NCBI GenBank assembly: GCA_009103225.1
Contig: RHPI01002990.1
Location: 854,490 to 918,489 of the forward strand
Direction of reading: 5' to 3'
DNA length: 64,000 nt
Source: Chlorokybus atmophyticus
Taxonomy: Eukaryota > Plantae > Mesostigma and Chlorokybus algae
The notes beneath the pieces were generated by a model that was given only the letters and a program-made list of their open reading frames with translations, had not been told where the DNA came from and made no database searches. Positions 41,228 to 53,555 of this stretch are shown in pieces. Position 1 is the stretch's first letter. Each line of letters opens with the position of its first letter. The translations under genes and the position numbers were made by a program.

Positions 41228-42761
41228 TCACTTGGGCACTGCTGCTGGCATGACTTGCGAGCCTGGCGGCAGCCGGCCCAACCCTGGCATGATCACCTTG
41301 AAACTCCTTGGCCTACACAAAGGACGCGACATATCAGCAACCTGAGACTCATACGCCACACAGCCTGCTGGCCAGTAAGCACAACGTGTTGGTTACTTAC
41401 ATGGGAGTGGGGTCGTAATTGACACCAGACAGAATGATTCCTGTGCGCAAGGTGCACAATATCAGCAATTCTGGCACACACAACAGTATTCTGCCAATTT
41501 GCTTTTGGCGCAACATACGTGCTGCAAGGCTGGTGATCGCCGTATATACTGCGACCATGTGAGACAAATACACACATGCTTTCAAGCTCGCTCTCACCAT
41601 GGCTGCGTATTCCTTGGATCTCTTTGGGCTCCGAGTTGGCGATCACTAGGACCTTCTTCCCAACAGCGTCCTCCACATCCCAAACAAACCTGCATTCCGA
41701 GACAATCGTGCGCTGCTCTGCGCCAAGATTTACCTGCAGACAAAGGCTTCACTGTTGTGTGCAGTGGTCATAGACAAGCTGGACCTGACTTGGACCTGCC
41801 GTGCACAAGTTGACTGCCATTCTGTAATATTACCACAGCTTGAGTATGAGTACTACTACCTATACATCATTACCTTGAGCTCAAGAAGGGTGCGGCTCAT
41901 AGTGGGCTTGCCACGCTTCTCCGATATCTCCTTGTCGTGCACTTGTTTTGCATCCACCTGTGCGTGCAAGACAACTAAACTCGTAAGCACGCAAGAAGCC
42001 GTGTACGCTGTGTAGCTGCTGAGTAGCACAGGGCTGCATGTCCTCACCACGACACCGACTCGAAGATCAAGCGCCGCCACAGCCGCGTCATCGATGTTTG
42101 GCTTGATTGCCGGACATGTGGACACGTCAATCGCTTTTTCAGCAGCAGCAGCTTCAACATGTGAGACTGTTGCTGGCCTTCGGTGCGCGCGAAGCGGCCC
42201 GTTGCAACCGTTACTAGACTTTGCCAACCTGCATCCTGCGTGCGCCAGGCAATCAAGGACAAACTCAGCTACGCAGCGCATGTGTCTGCTGACGCTTTGC
42301 ATATTGCACACATTAACATGCCCGTACTACACCATGACCTCAACCAGCATGACTGAGCAATCAGGCGTCTGTTATTGCGCTTCTGTGTTGCACTTTTGGT
42401 GCTCTTTCATGCACGAAACTGACTCACATTGTGTCCACTCATGTCTTGAGTCAAACCATTACAAATGAACGCCATGGCACGTATTGTGACAATGGGAGGT
42501 TTGTTAGCACTGGTTTCTTCGCAGCAAGAGTACAAAATGGTATTCTACACACAAGTTTCAGCAAGACCCTCAACAGCAATGCGGACTGCTGCACACGCAC
42601 ACAGCACATGACAATGCAGCAGTGTCCTTGCCTGAGCCGCTGCATTGCGCCTTCCCGCTCCCAGCTTTGCGCAGCAGCAACGTGGTGCAGGCTGCAGGTT
42701 GCACAGGGCTGGACACCGACGCCGACGCTGCCGACCACACCGACGCCGCCGACGCCGACAT
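41228..42761 (-). CDS. tRNA-binding OB-fold protein (Trbp111/Arc1-like) with a possible transit peptide
   Basis: DDAAVAALDLRVGVVV; VNLGAESARTIVSE...VGKKVLVIANSEPKEIQGIRSH|GIILSG; last exon KVIMPGLGRLPPGSQVMPAAVPK*. The start is inferred from a Ser/Ala-rich ATG at 42761. Confidence 0.7.
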
Positions 42762-42978
42762 CGCCGCCGCTGGCTGCCCACAAACACCTCAGGGCTCACT
42801 GCAGCTTAGCGGCGGCAGTGTTGGAGTTGAAGCCTGGCTCTCTGCGGCGGCGGCGGCGCCGGTAGGGGAGGCGGTGGCTGAGGTGGTGAAGGAGGAGGAC
42901 AAGGCGAACGAGGAGGAGGTGGTGGTTGCGTGGGCGTGCTGGCCGGGGCGGCTGAGGCTGTCGGGGTGGGCGGGCGGC

Positions 42979-44944
42979 ATGGGCTCGCTGCGCAGCCTCA
43001 GCGTCGTCCGGGAAGCGAGTCATGCCGGCACATGGTACACCGCTGACGGTAAGAGAGAACATAAGCTAGGACCTTATTCGCGTGCACACACGTTTGTCAA
43101 CATGATCACCTCTTCATCAACCTCGGTCACTGTTTGTCCAATCAGGACTTTGATTGGAGGCAGAGTTACGTTGTAGTTGACTAGGGCAGGCTGTCCTGGA
43201 GTGCTGTTGTGGTCTCAGCTTCGCCAAGCTTTGATGCATGCCGTTGTGCGGGGCTGCAGTGATGATGACCGCAGTCATTCAGTCCGTTGCATTGCTGCAG
43301 CTTTTGACAACGTTGGGATGCGTGTATAACATACATCAATTGGAATCCGCATGCATAGAGCAGTCGCTTGAAATCTGCACACTTCTCCCTACAACAGTGC
43401 TCAGCAACACGCATCAACACTCTTGATTGTTTCGAATTCTGCAGCGGAGGAATTGCAGCAAGAGCTAGACGAGTGGCTGGCAGCAGCAGAGAAGGTCCTG
43501 GAGCCGTCGCGCGTGATCATTGCACCGTAAGTTCCTATCTGCTGCTGCTGCTGCTGCTGCTGTTTATCCAGCTGGCATAGACAATGTGTATACAAATTGT
43601 TGGTGCGGTGACAGTCCCTCAGTCACGCAGGATATCGGTACTCGGGACGGTGCGCAGGTCACGCGTATACTCACCTCGACACTGAAACGACGTACGAAGC
43701 TGCTTGCAAGTTGACAGTTCATCACATATCCTGCGTGCACACAGCACTTCTGTTACTGTTTTGCTTAGCTTGCATCGTTTCTGTTGTGCTGTCGTGTGTG
43801 CGCAGCAAGCGAGTGTTCCTGTTGGGACCTTCGCATCACCACTACACGCGCAAATGCTGCTTATCATTGATGAGAACGTATGAGACGCCACTTGGTCAAA
43901 CGCCAATCGACACTGCAGGTTGATGATCAGCGACTGTTGCACACATCATCCACTAGTATGTTGTGATGCCGAGTGGGGTGCCTGCAAAGGTGTTACTGTT
44001 GTGATGCCGCATCTCTGCAGTGTATGAGGAGCTCAAGGCCTCGGGCAAGTTTGATTCCATGAGCAAGGACGTTGATGAAGCCGAGCACAGCCTTGAAATG
44101 CATTTGCCTTACATTCAACGAGTATACAGCGGGTAAGCATACCACTCTTGTCCCTTTTATTTGATGCTAGGAGTATTGCTGGCTTGTCAGGATTGTGCAA
44201 TACTCATGCATGATAACCAATCCCACCACTTGAGCAATGATGGTATATGGTACATACATACAATTCCTGCATCATATCACACAAACAGTTCTCACAATGG
44301 GTAGTAACCTCGGCGTGTCATGTTTTTGACACTAACTGCAGCTTACCGTGTTGCAGCAAGCCGTTCACGTTGGTGCCAATCATGGTCGGCGCATTGACGC
44401 CCGAGAATGAGGCTGCGTACGGCAAGTTGCTCGCGCCGTATGTGGACGATCCCAACAATGCATTCGTCGTCTCATCCGACTTCTGTCATTGGGGGATGCG
44501 GTTCAACTACACGCATTACGACAAGAAGTGCGGGCCGATCTACAAGTCCATTGAGGCGCTGGACCGCCAAGGCATGGACCTCATCGAGGGCGGCAACCCC
44601 GCCGCATTCACTGAGTACTTGAGAGTGTACGAAAACACCATTTGCGGGCGACACCCCATTGGTGTCCTTCTACAGGTACTCGCACTGCATATGTGTGCAC
44701 GTGCATGCGTGTAAACGTGTGGGCAGGAGGGTGTGTACGTGCGTGTGTGTGCGAGTGCGTGGGTCACTTGACACGTGTTGTGGGAACAAGTGGCTTCAGG
44801 ATTCCGTTTTTGTTGCAGATGTTGAAGCATTGTCAAACGCCCCTGGCGCTCAAGTTTGTGCAGTACGAGCAGTCGAGCCAGTGCCGAGCTAATCACGACA
44901 GCAGCGTGAGCTACGCTTCTGCGGTGGCCAAGCCTGCAGCATAG
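42979..44944 (+). CDS. MEMO1: MEMO1 family protein (AmmeMemoRadiSam system protein B)
   Basis: [12 protein letters not shown]; VFLLGPSHH; TYETPLG; [15 protein letters not shown]; LVPIMVGAL; [16 protein letters not shown]; [13 protein letters not shown]; SSVSYASAV...A*. Confidence 0.93.
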
Positions 44945-45943
44945 CAGAGAGAAGAGAGCAAGCGCTCAGTTCTACACGGTTGGTTCCGGCAGTGTTGCCA
45001 TGCACGCAGTCTATGATTGGCGGTAGGTTTGTACATTTGTACAGAGACATCTCTTTCGATTCCCTTGCAATGATGCTCGCATGTAAATGATAGACGCCTG
45101 TGATATGATTGTCTTGCAGGTTATTGTGCTAAGGTTATCACATTCGCATGATGTGTGTTCTTGTAATCTGGCCCCTTTCTATCCTATGAATGCATATGGC
45201 AGCATGCGGAGTCTGTTATGCAGTGTTCGACGTGTATACACCAACTAGGATGGAGGCTGAATGGTCTTTATCTTGCGCTCGGAATGAGCATGCTTATATG
45301 CATACATGACCGTATGGCACCGCGATAGCGATGCGACTGCGATGGCGATGCGTTGGCCATGGTTGACTTTTACAGGTGGTTATATTTAGATCTTCTCGTT
45401 GACAGCCTAATTGAAAAGCTGCGTGGTGGCAATTGCATCTTATTCATCCACAATGAAATGCGGTTCACATGCTTCGTCTCAACATGCAGGTCCATGGCAC
45501 TGTTGTGGAGGGTACACAACTAATCTACCATACCAACTTCCATACACAATCGCAAGGCATGGCAGCGGACATCCGTAAGATGCTCTGCATTTTACCTAAG
45601 GTACCCAGGAGGCCTAACCGCCTTGTGCCGCAGCGCAGTGCCAGTTGTTGAATAAGGTATAGGTCGTGTGTTTACACAATGGAGCAGTCACACAACAAGC
45701 GCACAGCAGGCAAATTATCGGGCAGGGGACTTCAATTACAACATGGGCTTACAAGACTATGTGCTCTATGTGCACTATGCTGCAAGCATACAGTGATCAA
45801 CTCACTATCGCTCTTTCAGGACGTGACCCTGCCAACACCAAGTCCTTTTCACCAACCGTGCATCCTCATCTTATAACTACCCTCTGAGCCGCTGTCTTTG
45901 GTATAGTCGAGCCTTTCAAGCAGCAGACATAAGCAGCCCTGCN

Positions 45944-46072
45944 CAAGCCGCGCAACTCAAATGTGTCCGCATCTGCAAGGCCCGAGGTCAAGCGGTCCCC
46001 TACCAAAGCAGAGTTCGTTGATCCCTATTCATTCATGTGCTAGAGCTGCCTTGTACATACGTACATACAACC
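45944..46072 (+). repeat. 129-bp copy of the WNK 3' end (last codons, stop, start of 3' UTR) right after a single N
   Basis: Identical by eye to 57313-57441. Confidence 0.9.
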
Positions 46073-46122
46073 CCCCCGCCCTTGTATTTACACGTGCACA
46101 AACACACATAAAGCCAGCACAC

Positions 46123-47215
46123 TCAGTAGAACTCTGCCGGCCTGGACTCCTGTTCAAAGGGCTTCAGCTCAGCCTGCAACAAAACAGTAAACAGTTCCAA
46201 GCAGTCAGTCCCCACAGCGAATGATTTGCACTATCACAAGCGAGTCCTTGTTGCTTGCGCGTACCGCAAACTGCGTCTTCAGGTCGCCCAACTCCTTCTG
46301 CAAGTCTTCTATTGCGCTCAGCAACACCTCCATCGGCGAAGTCCGCTTTGTCGTTTGTATCTGCATGCATGCAAACGGAGCAGAAAAGATGAAATGACGA
46401 CATAGGCATACCGTTGTACAGATACACATATGCAGTGCATGTTAAGGTGATGTGTATCCCTGCACGTGCACATGCTGTGATTGTATGCGCAGGCATGTGC
46501 ATGTGTGTGTGTGTGTGTATTCACGCGCGAGCGTGTGTGCGTGCATGCATGTGTGCGTGCGGAGTACAGCTTGAACCTACTAACATACACGGATTCAATA
46601 AAGGGTGCAACCGTACCCTGATATACATCTTGTACTCAAGCGGGTGTGGCATCTGGTAACCAGCAAATAGGACATCCTTGTCGCGCAGCAATTGCCTGCA
46701 AGAAAGCTCAAAGTTCAGCAATCTACACATCAAACACACACCCATATACATGCAACATCAATATTAACAATAACTGCATGCACAACTACCATATATCCAT
46801 GGCGAAGAAAAAAAGGCATGCTGATGTGTGCAATTGTACAGCGAAGACAATACAACTTTGTGCTTACATTCTCAGCAGGTTGCCAACGGTGTGATCTTCC
46901 CTCTGGACGGTGAAAGTGGCTCCATTGGCCACCTTTGTGTCCTTTTGGTAAGAGACCCTGACAAAATGCAGATGAAAAGAGGAGCACACAGCGTGTATTC
47001 TACTGCATACTGTACCGTTGTGTCTGATCAAATGTCGTTGTCTACGTTTGTGCAACACTATGTGTGAAGCAACGCAACACAGACAAGAATTGAATCATGA
47101 GATTGGTTAGAACTAATTTGCAGGCCAAGCAGTTTGTAAGGCTTTGGATAATATCTTCTTACTTTGCGACGCCTTCAGGGACGACAAAGCGCTCATGGCG
47201 CTCGGGCGCATTCAT
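46123..47215 (-). CDS. RPB11: RNA polymerase II subunit RPB11
   Basis: [18 protein letters not shown] / [30 protein letters not shown] / [26 protein letters not shown] / [31 protein letters not shown] / [16 protein letters not shown]. Confidence 0.96.
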
Positions 47216-47471
47216 CACCCCACCTGTGCAATTCCACGTCGACGCCCACACTCACAACCACACCCACAACCACGCCTGTACCGCCGCCGCTCACCTCAGC
47301 AGCACCGCCAACAAGGAGTTCATTTGCGCTCAATTTGCCTTACATCATGTCAAGGCAAATGCATTAACATGTAGATTACATGTCAATGCATGAACCGATG
47401 TTGTTTTTCCACCCCGAATGCCTATATCCATTGGGTCTTACGTAACTCATTCTCGCAAGTAGAATTCTGAC

Positions 47472-47504
<33 letters not shown>

Positions 47505-47650
47505 AGGGGACGGGAACGGCGTCTTCGGCGTCGTCGTAGGTAGCTGGCGCGTGTAGAGAGTCTCTACCACCTACTCAACGCTTGCTGGTTGGTGAAAGAG
47601 GGGGTCGGATTTGGTTCATGCGTGAGGCGGAGGCGGGTTGACCTGCAGCC

Positions 47651-50600
47651 ATGTAAGTCACTGACTACCAATGCATGTTGAATTGGTTGCTACGCTGTCT
47701 GTTGGCGGGTTGCTACTTGCGTTTGTGAAACTTCCAGCCTTATCAGTTGCGGATAACGAGTGTGCAGTTGTCAATATGAGAACAAGCTGCTGCTTTGTAG
47801 CTGCCTTGTTCAATTCAGAGAAGAGAGCAATCACCTCTGCTCAGCAGCTCTCATTGAAACTAGAGATTCTTAAGGCGACAACACTGTGTAGATAGGGCTT
47901 TAAAAGTTGGTTGCCTTAGCTCGAATAGCTTTTCTGCTGTCCTCCTGTTTGTGGGTGCATGCAAGCTTGTGGCATGTCAAGCATGTATGTTGAGCATACA
48001 CTGAGCACCGCCTGCACACCACGCAGCAGCATGCATTACAGACGAAGTGATCCTTCCAGTTGTTTGAAATTTCAGTTCGGAACCAGCCGCATGCAATCTC
48101 CTTAAAATGCTGTTGTGGTTTCGCCGTTGACAGGTCGCGAGTCTGCGTGAAGGGTGTCCCTACATACGTCAACGAGGACCGCCTGCGCGAGCACTTCTCT
48201 GCACGAGGCGAAGTCACTGATGTCCGCATACCAAAAACCATGTAAGAGAGACTTTGCTTTACGACTTGTTGGTTTGCACTACTCGCACGCACAGTAAGTA
48301 GTCATGACTTCAACAAGTGCGGCAACTTCAGTCTAAGATTCATCATAACCTGTCTGACAGTGATGGACGCTCTCGGCAGATGGCGTTTGTCGGTTTCAAG
48401 ACGGAGGAGGCCGCGGCGGCCGCCATCGGCTACTTCAACAAGTCCTATCTGGACACGTCCAGGCTGATTGTTGAGGTGAGAAAAGTCAACACGAGATATC
48501 TGTGTGCATTACCATCATCAACTTGTAACGCTACTGTCGTGTTGTGGCAGTTGGCTTATGCCAAGGGCGATGCTTCCATGCACAGGCCCTGGAGCAAGCA
48601 TTCTGAGGGCAGGTCTGCTTGGGAAAAGACTCATCATGCAACGTCTGATGATGAAGACAACAGCAAATCCAAAGCAAAGAGCAACAAAGGCGACGATGCC
48701 AATGGGAAAGATGGCAATGATGCTGATGACCCTCAGCTGCAGGAGTTCTTGGCTGTCATGCAGCCAAGAAGGAACACAAAGCTTTGGGCGAATGATACCG
48801 TTGACAATGACAATGGCGGCAAAGGTGGTGCCATTGCTGCCAAGAAGAAATCCTCCAAGGATGCACTGAAGGCTGCGCGTGATGAAGCGAAGCCGCAGAA
48901 AGTTAAGAGCAAACGCAACAAGGGACAGAAAGATGGAAGGTAAGTACTATATGAGGTTGAAGTGTTGTTGGTAGTGGCGGTGGATCATGTCTGACTGTGT
49001 ATCATGTGTCCAGTGAGAGCGATGACAGCGAGTTGTATGAAGATGTTCATAATGAGGTTCCGAAGTCGGCGGACGCATCTGCAGAAAGCTCTCAACAGGA
49101 AGCCGACGACTTGGAAGGTGGGTCATTACACAACAAGTTTTTGATTGCCTTATTTGACTTGCTCTGTGTTCAATGACGTTTACAATGTGTGCTACATCGT
49201 GCAATTGTTTGTGCTGCAGAACCAAAGAGCGGGGTGGTTATGGACGATGCTGTATCAAATATGGACTACTTGCGCAGCCGCGTGGCCACGTTCAACGATG
49301 AGACAGATGAGGAGGAAGAGGAAGAAGATGACGCCAAGGACAATGACGCGGACCCGCTGCAATTCGACGGACAAAACGGTGCCGTTGGGAAGCACGTTGA
49401 CGCGCAAGACGACGACACAGATGGAGATGAGCAAGAGGCGGGTCCATCATCAGATGCAGTTGATGCTCACGAGCATTCAGTTCATCTTCACGGCGAGCGC
49501 GTAAACGAGAAGCCTTCCGTTTGCACGGTGAACGCGTCGGCAGCCGAGGCGGAAGAGGCGGACTTGATGGAAACAGGTCGGTTGTTCGTGCGCAACCTTG
49601 CGTACACGACAACCGAAGAGGAGCTGTCCGCTTTGTTTGGCGCTTACGGGGAGCTATCGGATGTCCACGTGGTGCGAGACAGAGAGACGAAGCGCTCCAA
49701 AGGCTTCGCGTACGTGCTGTTTCTGCTGCCCGAACACGCCGTGCGCGCTAAGGAGGAGCTTGACGGCAGCGTGTTTCAGGGAAGGCTTTTGCATCTTATA
49801 CCTGCTAAGCTGCCGCCTGCATTGGAAGCGAGAAATGTGGACCCGCGTGCTGGAGCTGATGCGCGCAACAAGTTCAAAACAGAGAGAGAAGAGCAGAAGA
49901 AAGCTTCTGAGCGCGCGGGCAACACTAAGTCATGGAACGCTTTGTTCATGAGGAGTGATACTGTGGCAGACAGCGTGGCTGAGCGCTATGGTTTGAGGAA
50001 GAGTGAACTCGTTGATGTTGAGGCCGGAGACTTGGCCGTGCGCATGGCGTTGGCGGAGACGCAGACCATTGCGGAGACGAAGAAAGGGCTTGAAGAGGAG
50101 GGAGTCGACGTGTCGTTGCTGGAAAAAGCCGCAGAGAACAATGGCAACATCGCGCGGTCCAACAACGTTCTCATTGTGAAGAACCTCCCTTTCTCGACGC
50201 AGCTGGCGGACCTGCTGCCAATGTTCGAGAAGTTTGGCACGCTCGGGAGAGTGGTTTTACCGTCGAGTCGTGCGCTCGCGCTGGTGGAGTATCTCGAGCC
50301 CAGTGACGCGAAGCCCGCCTTCCGCGCACTCGCGTACAAGCGGTTCCAACACGTGCCGCTCTACTTGGAATGGGCGCCGGAGGGAGTGTTTAATGCTGGC
50401 AATGCGAAGGAAGCGGCCAATGTGCGTGCGGCTTCTGCGCATGCGATCGTACATAAGAAGGTTGTTGAGAGCGGCTCCAAGGATGTTGTTAAGAAGGTGC
50501 TTGCGGCTGAAGAGGAGGATGAAACCCGCGTGCTGTTTGTGAAGAACTTGGCGTTTGCCACGAATGATGCGAAGCTGAAGGCGCACTTCAACAAAGGTAG

Positions 50601-51494
50601 CCCGGCTGGTCTGCTCGCCGCCACGGTGAAGATGAAAGCCAAAGGCAAAGATGGCAAGAAGCTCTCAATGGGCTTCGGCTTTGTTGAGTATAGAACCACA
50701 AAGGAGGCCGCCGCCGCCTTAGCTAAGTTGCAGGTACTGTTCTCTCACTTCTGGCCACTGTTTCAACCTGTACACACCTCAACATGTCTGCGTGTCAGTG
50801 TCAGTTAAGCATTGGTTTGCGGCAAGTGTCGCTTGCTTGTGGGGACGCGTGTCAAACTTCTTATTGTCATGCAGGGCTCCACACTTGACGGTCACGCACT
50901 TGATATACACTACAGCACTGCGGCCGGGCAAGCAACCGAGGAAGAGGCGAGCAAGGCAAGGGCGCCTGATGGCAAGGGTATGTCGAGCACGAAGCTTATC
51001 GTCCGCAACGTCGCTTTCGAGGCCACCAGGAAGGACCTGCAGCAGCTGTTCGCACCGTTCGGTCAAGTGAAAAACATCAGGCTGCCGCGCAAGTTTGACG
51101 GCACACACCGTGGGTTTGCCTTCGTGGAGTTTGTGACCAAGCGGGAGGCGGATAGCGCGTTCGAAGCCATGCGCAATACGCATCTTTATGGCAGGCATCT
51201 GGTGGGTGTGTATGGAGTATATCAGCTTTTGCAGTGGCACTTGTGTTGTACACTTGTGTTGTGGGCATGTGCCTTACATTGAGGCACATGCCCAAAATCT
51301 ATGTTGGTGTTATGCAGGTGTTTGAAAGAGCCAAAGAAGAGGAGGGCTTGGATGAGCTGCGTGCTAAGACTGCTGCGCAGTTCAGTGCGCTGGAAGAAGG
51401 TGGAGCCACTGCCCAAAGAGCAAAGAAGCGGAGGAAAGCAACGGAGTTTGTGGACGATGCCCAGCATGCCTTCGCTTCCCACATGGCAGATTAA
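47651..51494 (+). CDS. MRD1: Multiple-RRM ribosome-biogenesis protein (MRD1/RBM19)
   Basis: MSRVCVKGVP...GRSRQMAFVGFK; GRLFVRNLAYTTTEEEL...SKGFAYV; WNALFMRSDTVADSVA; AVRMALAETQTI; AFRALAYKRFQHVPLYLEWAP; KLIVRNVAFEATRKDLQQLFAPFGQVKNIRLPRKF; HLYGRHLV. Confidence 0.96.
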
Positions 51495-53555
51495 GCAAGC
51501 GCAGGAATGTAGTTGGTCGTTGGTTTGCAAGCCAAAAGCGAATGACAGTGGTTGTGGGTGTAGTCCGCGTTGTCGTAGCGTGATTGATGCAGATTGGTCA
51601 ATCCGCAGTCATCACATGCCGTGCGACAGCGTAGACAGCGTGCGTGCCTAGTATGGGTTGTCCATTGTATCAGATCATGACACAACCCCGCACAACAAAG
51701 CACATATGCCCCACGTGCAATTGCTGATCAATGGTGCGCAAGTTACGGCTTGCTGCGGCGCATGGCGTATGCTAGTGCACATGCTCCTTTGCCCAGGTAT
51801 CCCTTGGCGCAACTCCAGCCCTCCCTCACCTGCCCCTGCCTGGTCTTGCCTAGTTGTTCTGCATGCACATAGGAACCCAGCCCCTTAGCTAGTTGTGCTG
51901 TTTGCTTACTTGTGTTGTTGATGAAGGCTGTACGCTCTGCCTTGTCCTGTTTGCTCTTATACTGGCTGGTTATCTCAATTCTATACCCTGCTGCGAAGGA
52001 TGGCGATTTGTTGTAGCAGGGGTCAATGAGTAACATAAGACAAACCCGCTGCTTGTTGCAATCACGGCATTGCATTTGTGGTACGCACTACAGCCTTGCA
52101 GTAGTTGACCTGCCATAGAATAATGTATATTGCATTTGGCCGCCCATTGCTGATAGTAGAGTTCATGGTCGTAAAATCACACATACCGATAGTTCACATA
52201 GTCAACGGCATGTGTGTTTTGGATCAATGTGCGCGTGGCAACATCCGTGCAGAAGATAGTGATTGACAAAATGAAATTGCATAGCGCATGTAGCCTGCCG
52301 TCAATGCCGGTACCTTGTACAGGTAAACACGAGGCTATTATAAGCATACATTTCAACGCCACGCATCATGTGTGCGCTAACCAAACCGAGTCCTGAAGGC
52401 AATTGTGGCATGCATCCATGTAGTCCTGACAGTTTACGTGCTTTGAACAGATATGGGTCACAACAATATCATTTCATTTGAAGTGCCATCCATTGCGTGG
52501 ACGATGCTAATTTTAATGATGCATATATTAAAGGAGACTCATTAACAAGATGTTCAAGGCTTGAAAGCCGTGCCGAAGCTCAAGCATAACAATATCATCA
52601 TAGGCGAGCCTGCTAGTTGCAGCACCTAGCTTGAGGCTCCACTCGAACAAGGAAATTTACATTGAGATCATCGCGGTATAGGAAATTGCATACTGTAGTA
52701 CTCGGTAGCTTGAGGGTTTGTACATGCAAAGTACATGGAGCGGCTGCACCCAAGTTTATGGTCAATCTGACATATAATATAGTGAATAATAGTTACAAAA
52801 ATGTGGTGTAATTAATGAGTCATTTAAGAGAGCACCGCAATCGTCACATGTGTGTTTAAAATTGCGGATAGACGCATTGCGTCTAAAATGTAGACATCGT
52901 TTATATATACAAACCACTATTGGAATCCTACACTTATACAGTCCTCTCCGCTGTACATGTATGAGGTAGAACAAAGCAATGCCTCCATTGGTTGAGTTGC
53001 GCTAAAAGAGGGACTCAATTGGAGTAAGCACATGCCAATTGAAGAGACTGTGAAGGTCCAGCAAAATTCACTTCGGGACGATCAATTATGACGGTCAGAA
53101 CTCTTGGCTAAAGTGGTGTCTCCGTTCAGCGATCGCAGTCACTTGAGAGAGCACTTGACCGCATGAATCCGCAGCGCCGCCAGCTGGCAGCTATGCAGGA
53201 CGAGGACAGCCGAGCGACACAGCCCCCAGATACTGTGAGCCGCGTCACGTGGCGTGACGTAAACTGACATTTTACTATTCATTACGCGATCACAGGGAGT
53301 TGATGCGCTAGCCTAGCGTGGTGACCAGCTGCGTGATCCCCTAGACGTGACGTGAATCACTCCGCTTAGGGCATGACGTTCAAGGGGGTCTCAGCAGCGT
53401 ATCGCAGCGAATGGATAAGCTTCCGCACAAGCTGTGACGGCTAGGCATATTCCCTTTGAAGTCCAACAACGTGTTAACAAGCTGCAGATGTATGCAAGGC
53501 AAACTGGCAGTGAACTGGAGTTGCCCGTCAGTTGAAACGAAAGGCGTTAAAGCGC

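Noticed and set aside
42622-42978. 119-codon in-frame N-terminal extension of MEMO1
   Set aside because: No ATG (the track uses an alternative start). It is a GC-rich stop-poor region antisense to the neighbouring gene's 5' end, and MEMO1 homology begins at 42979.
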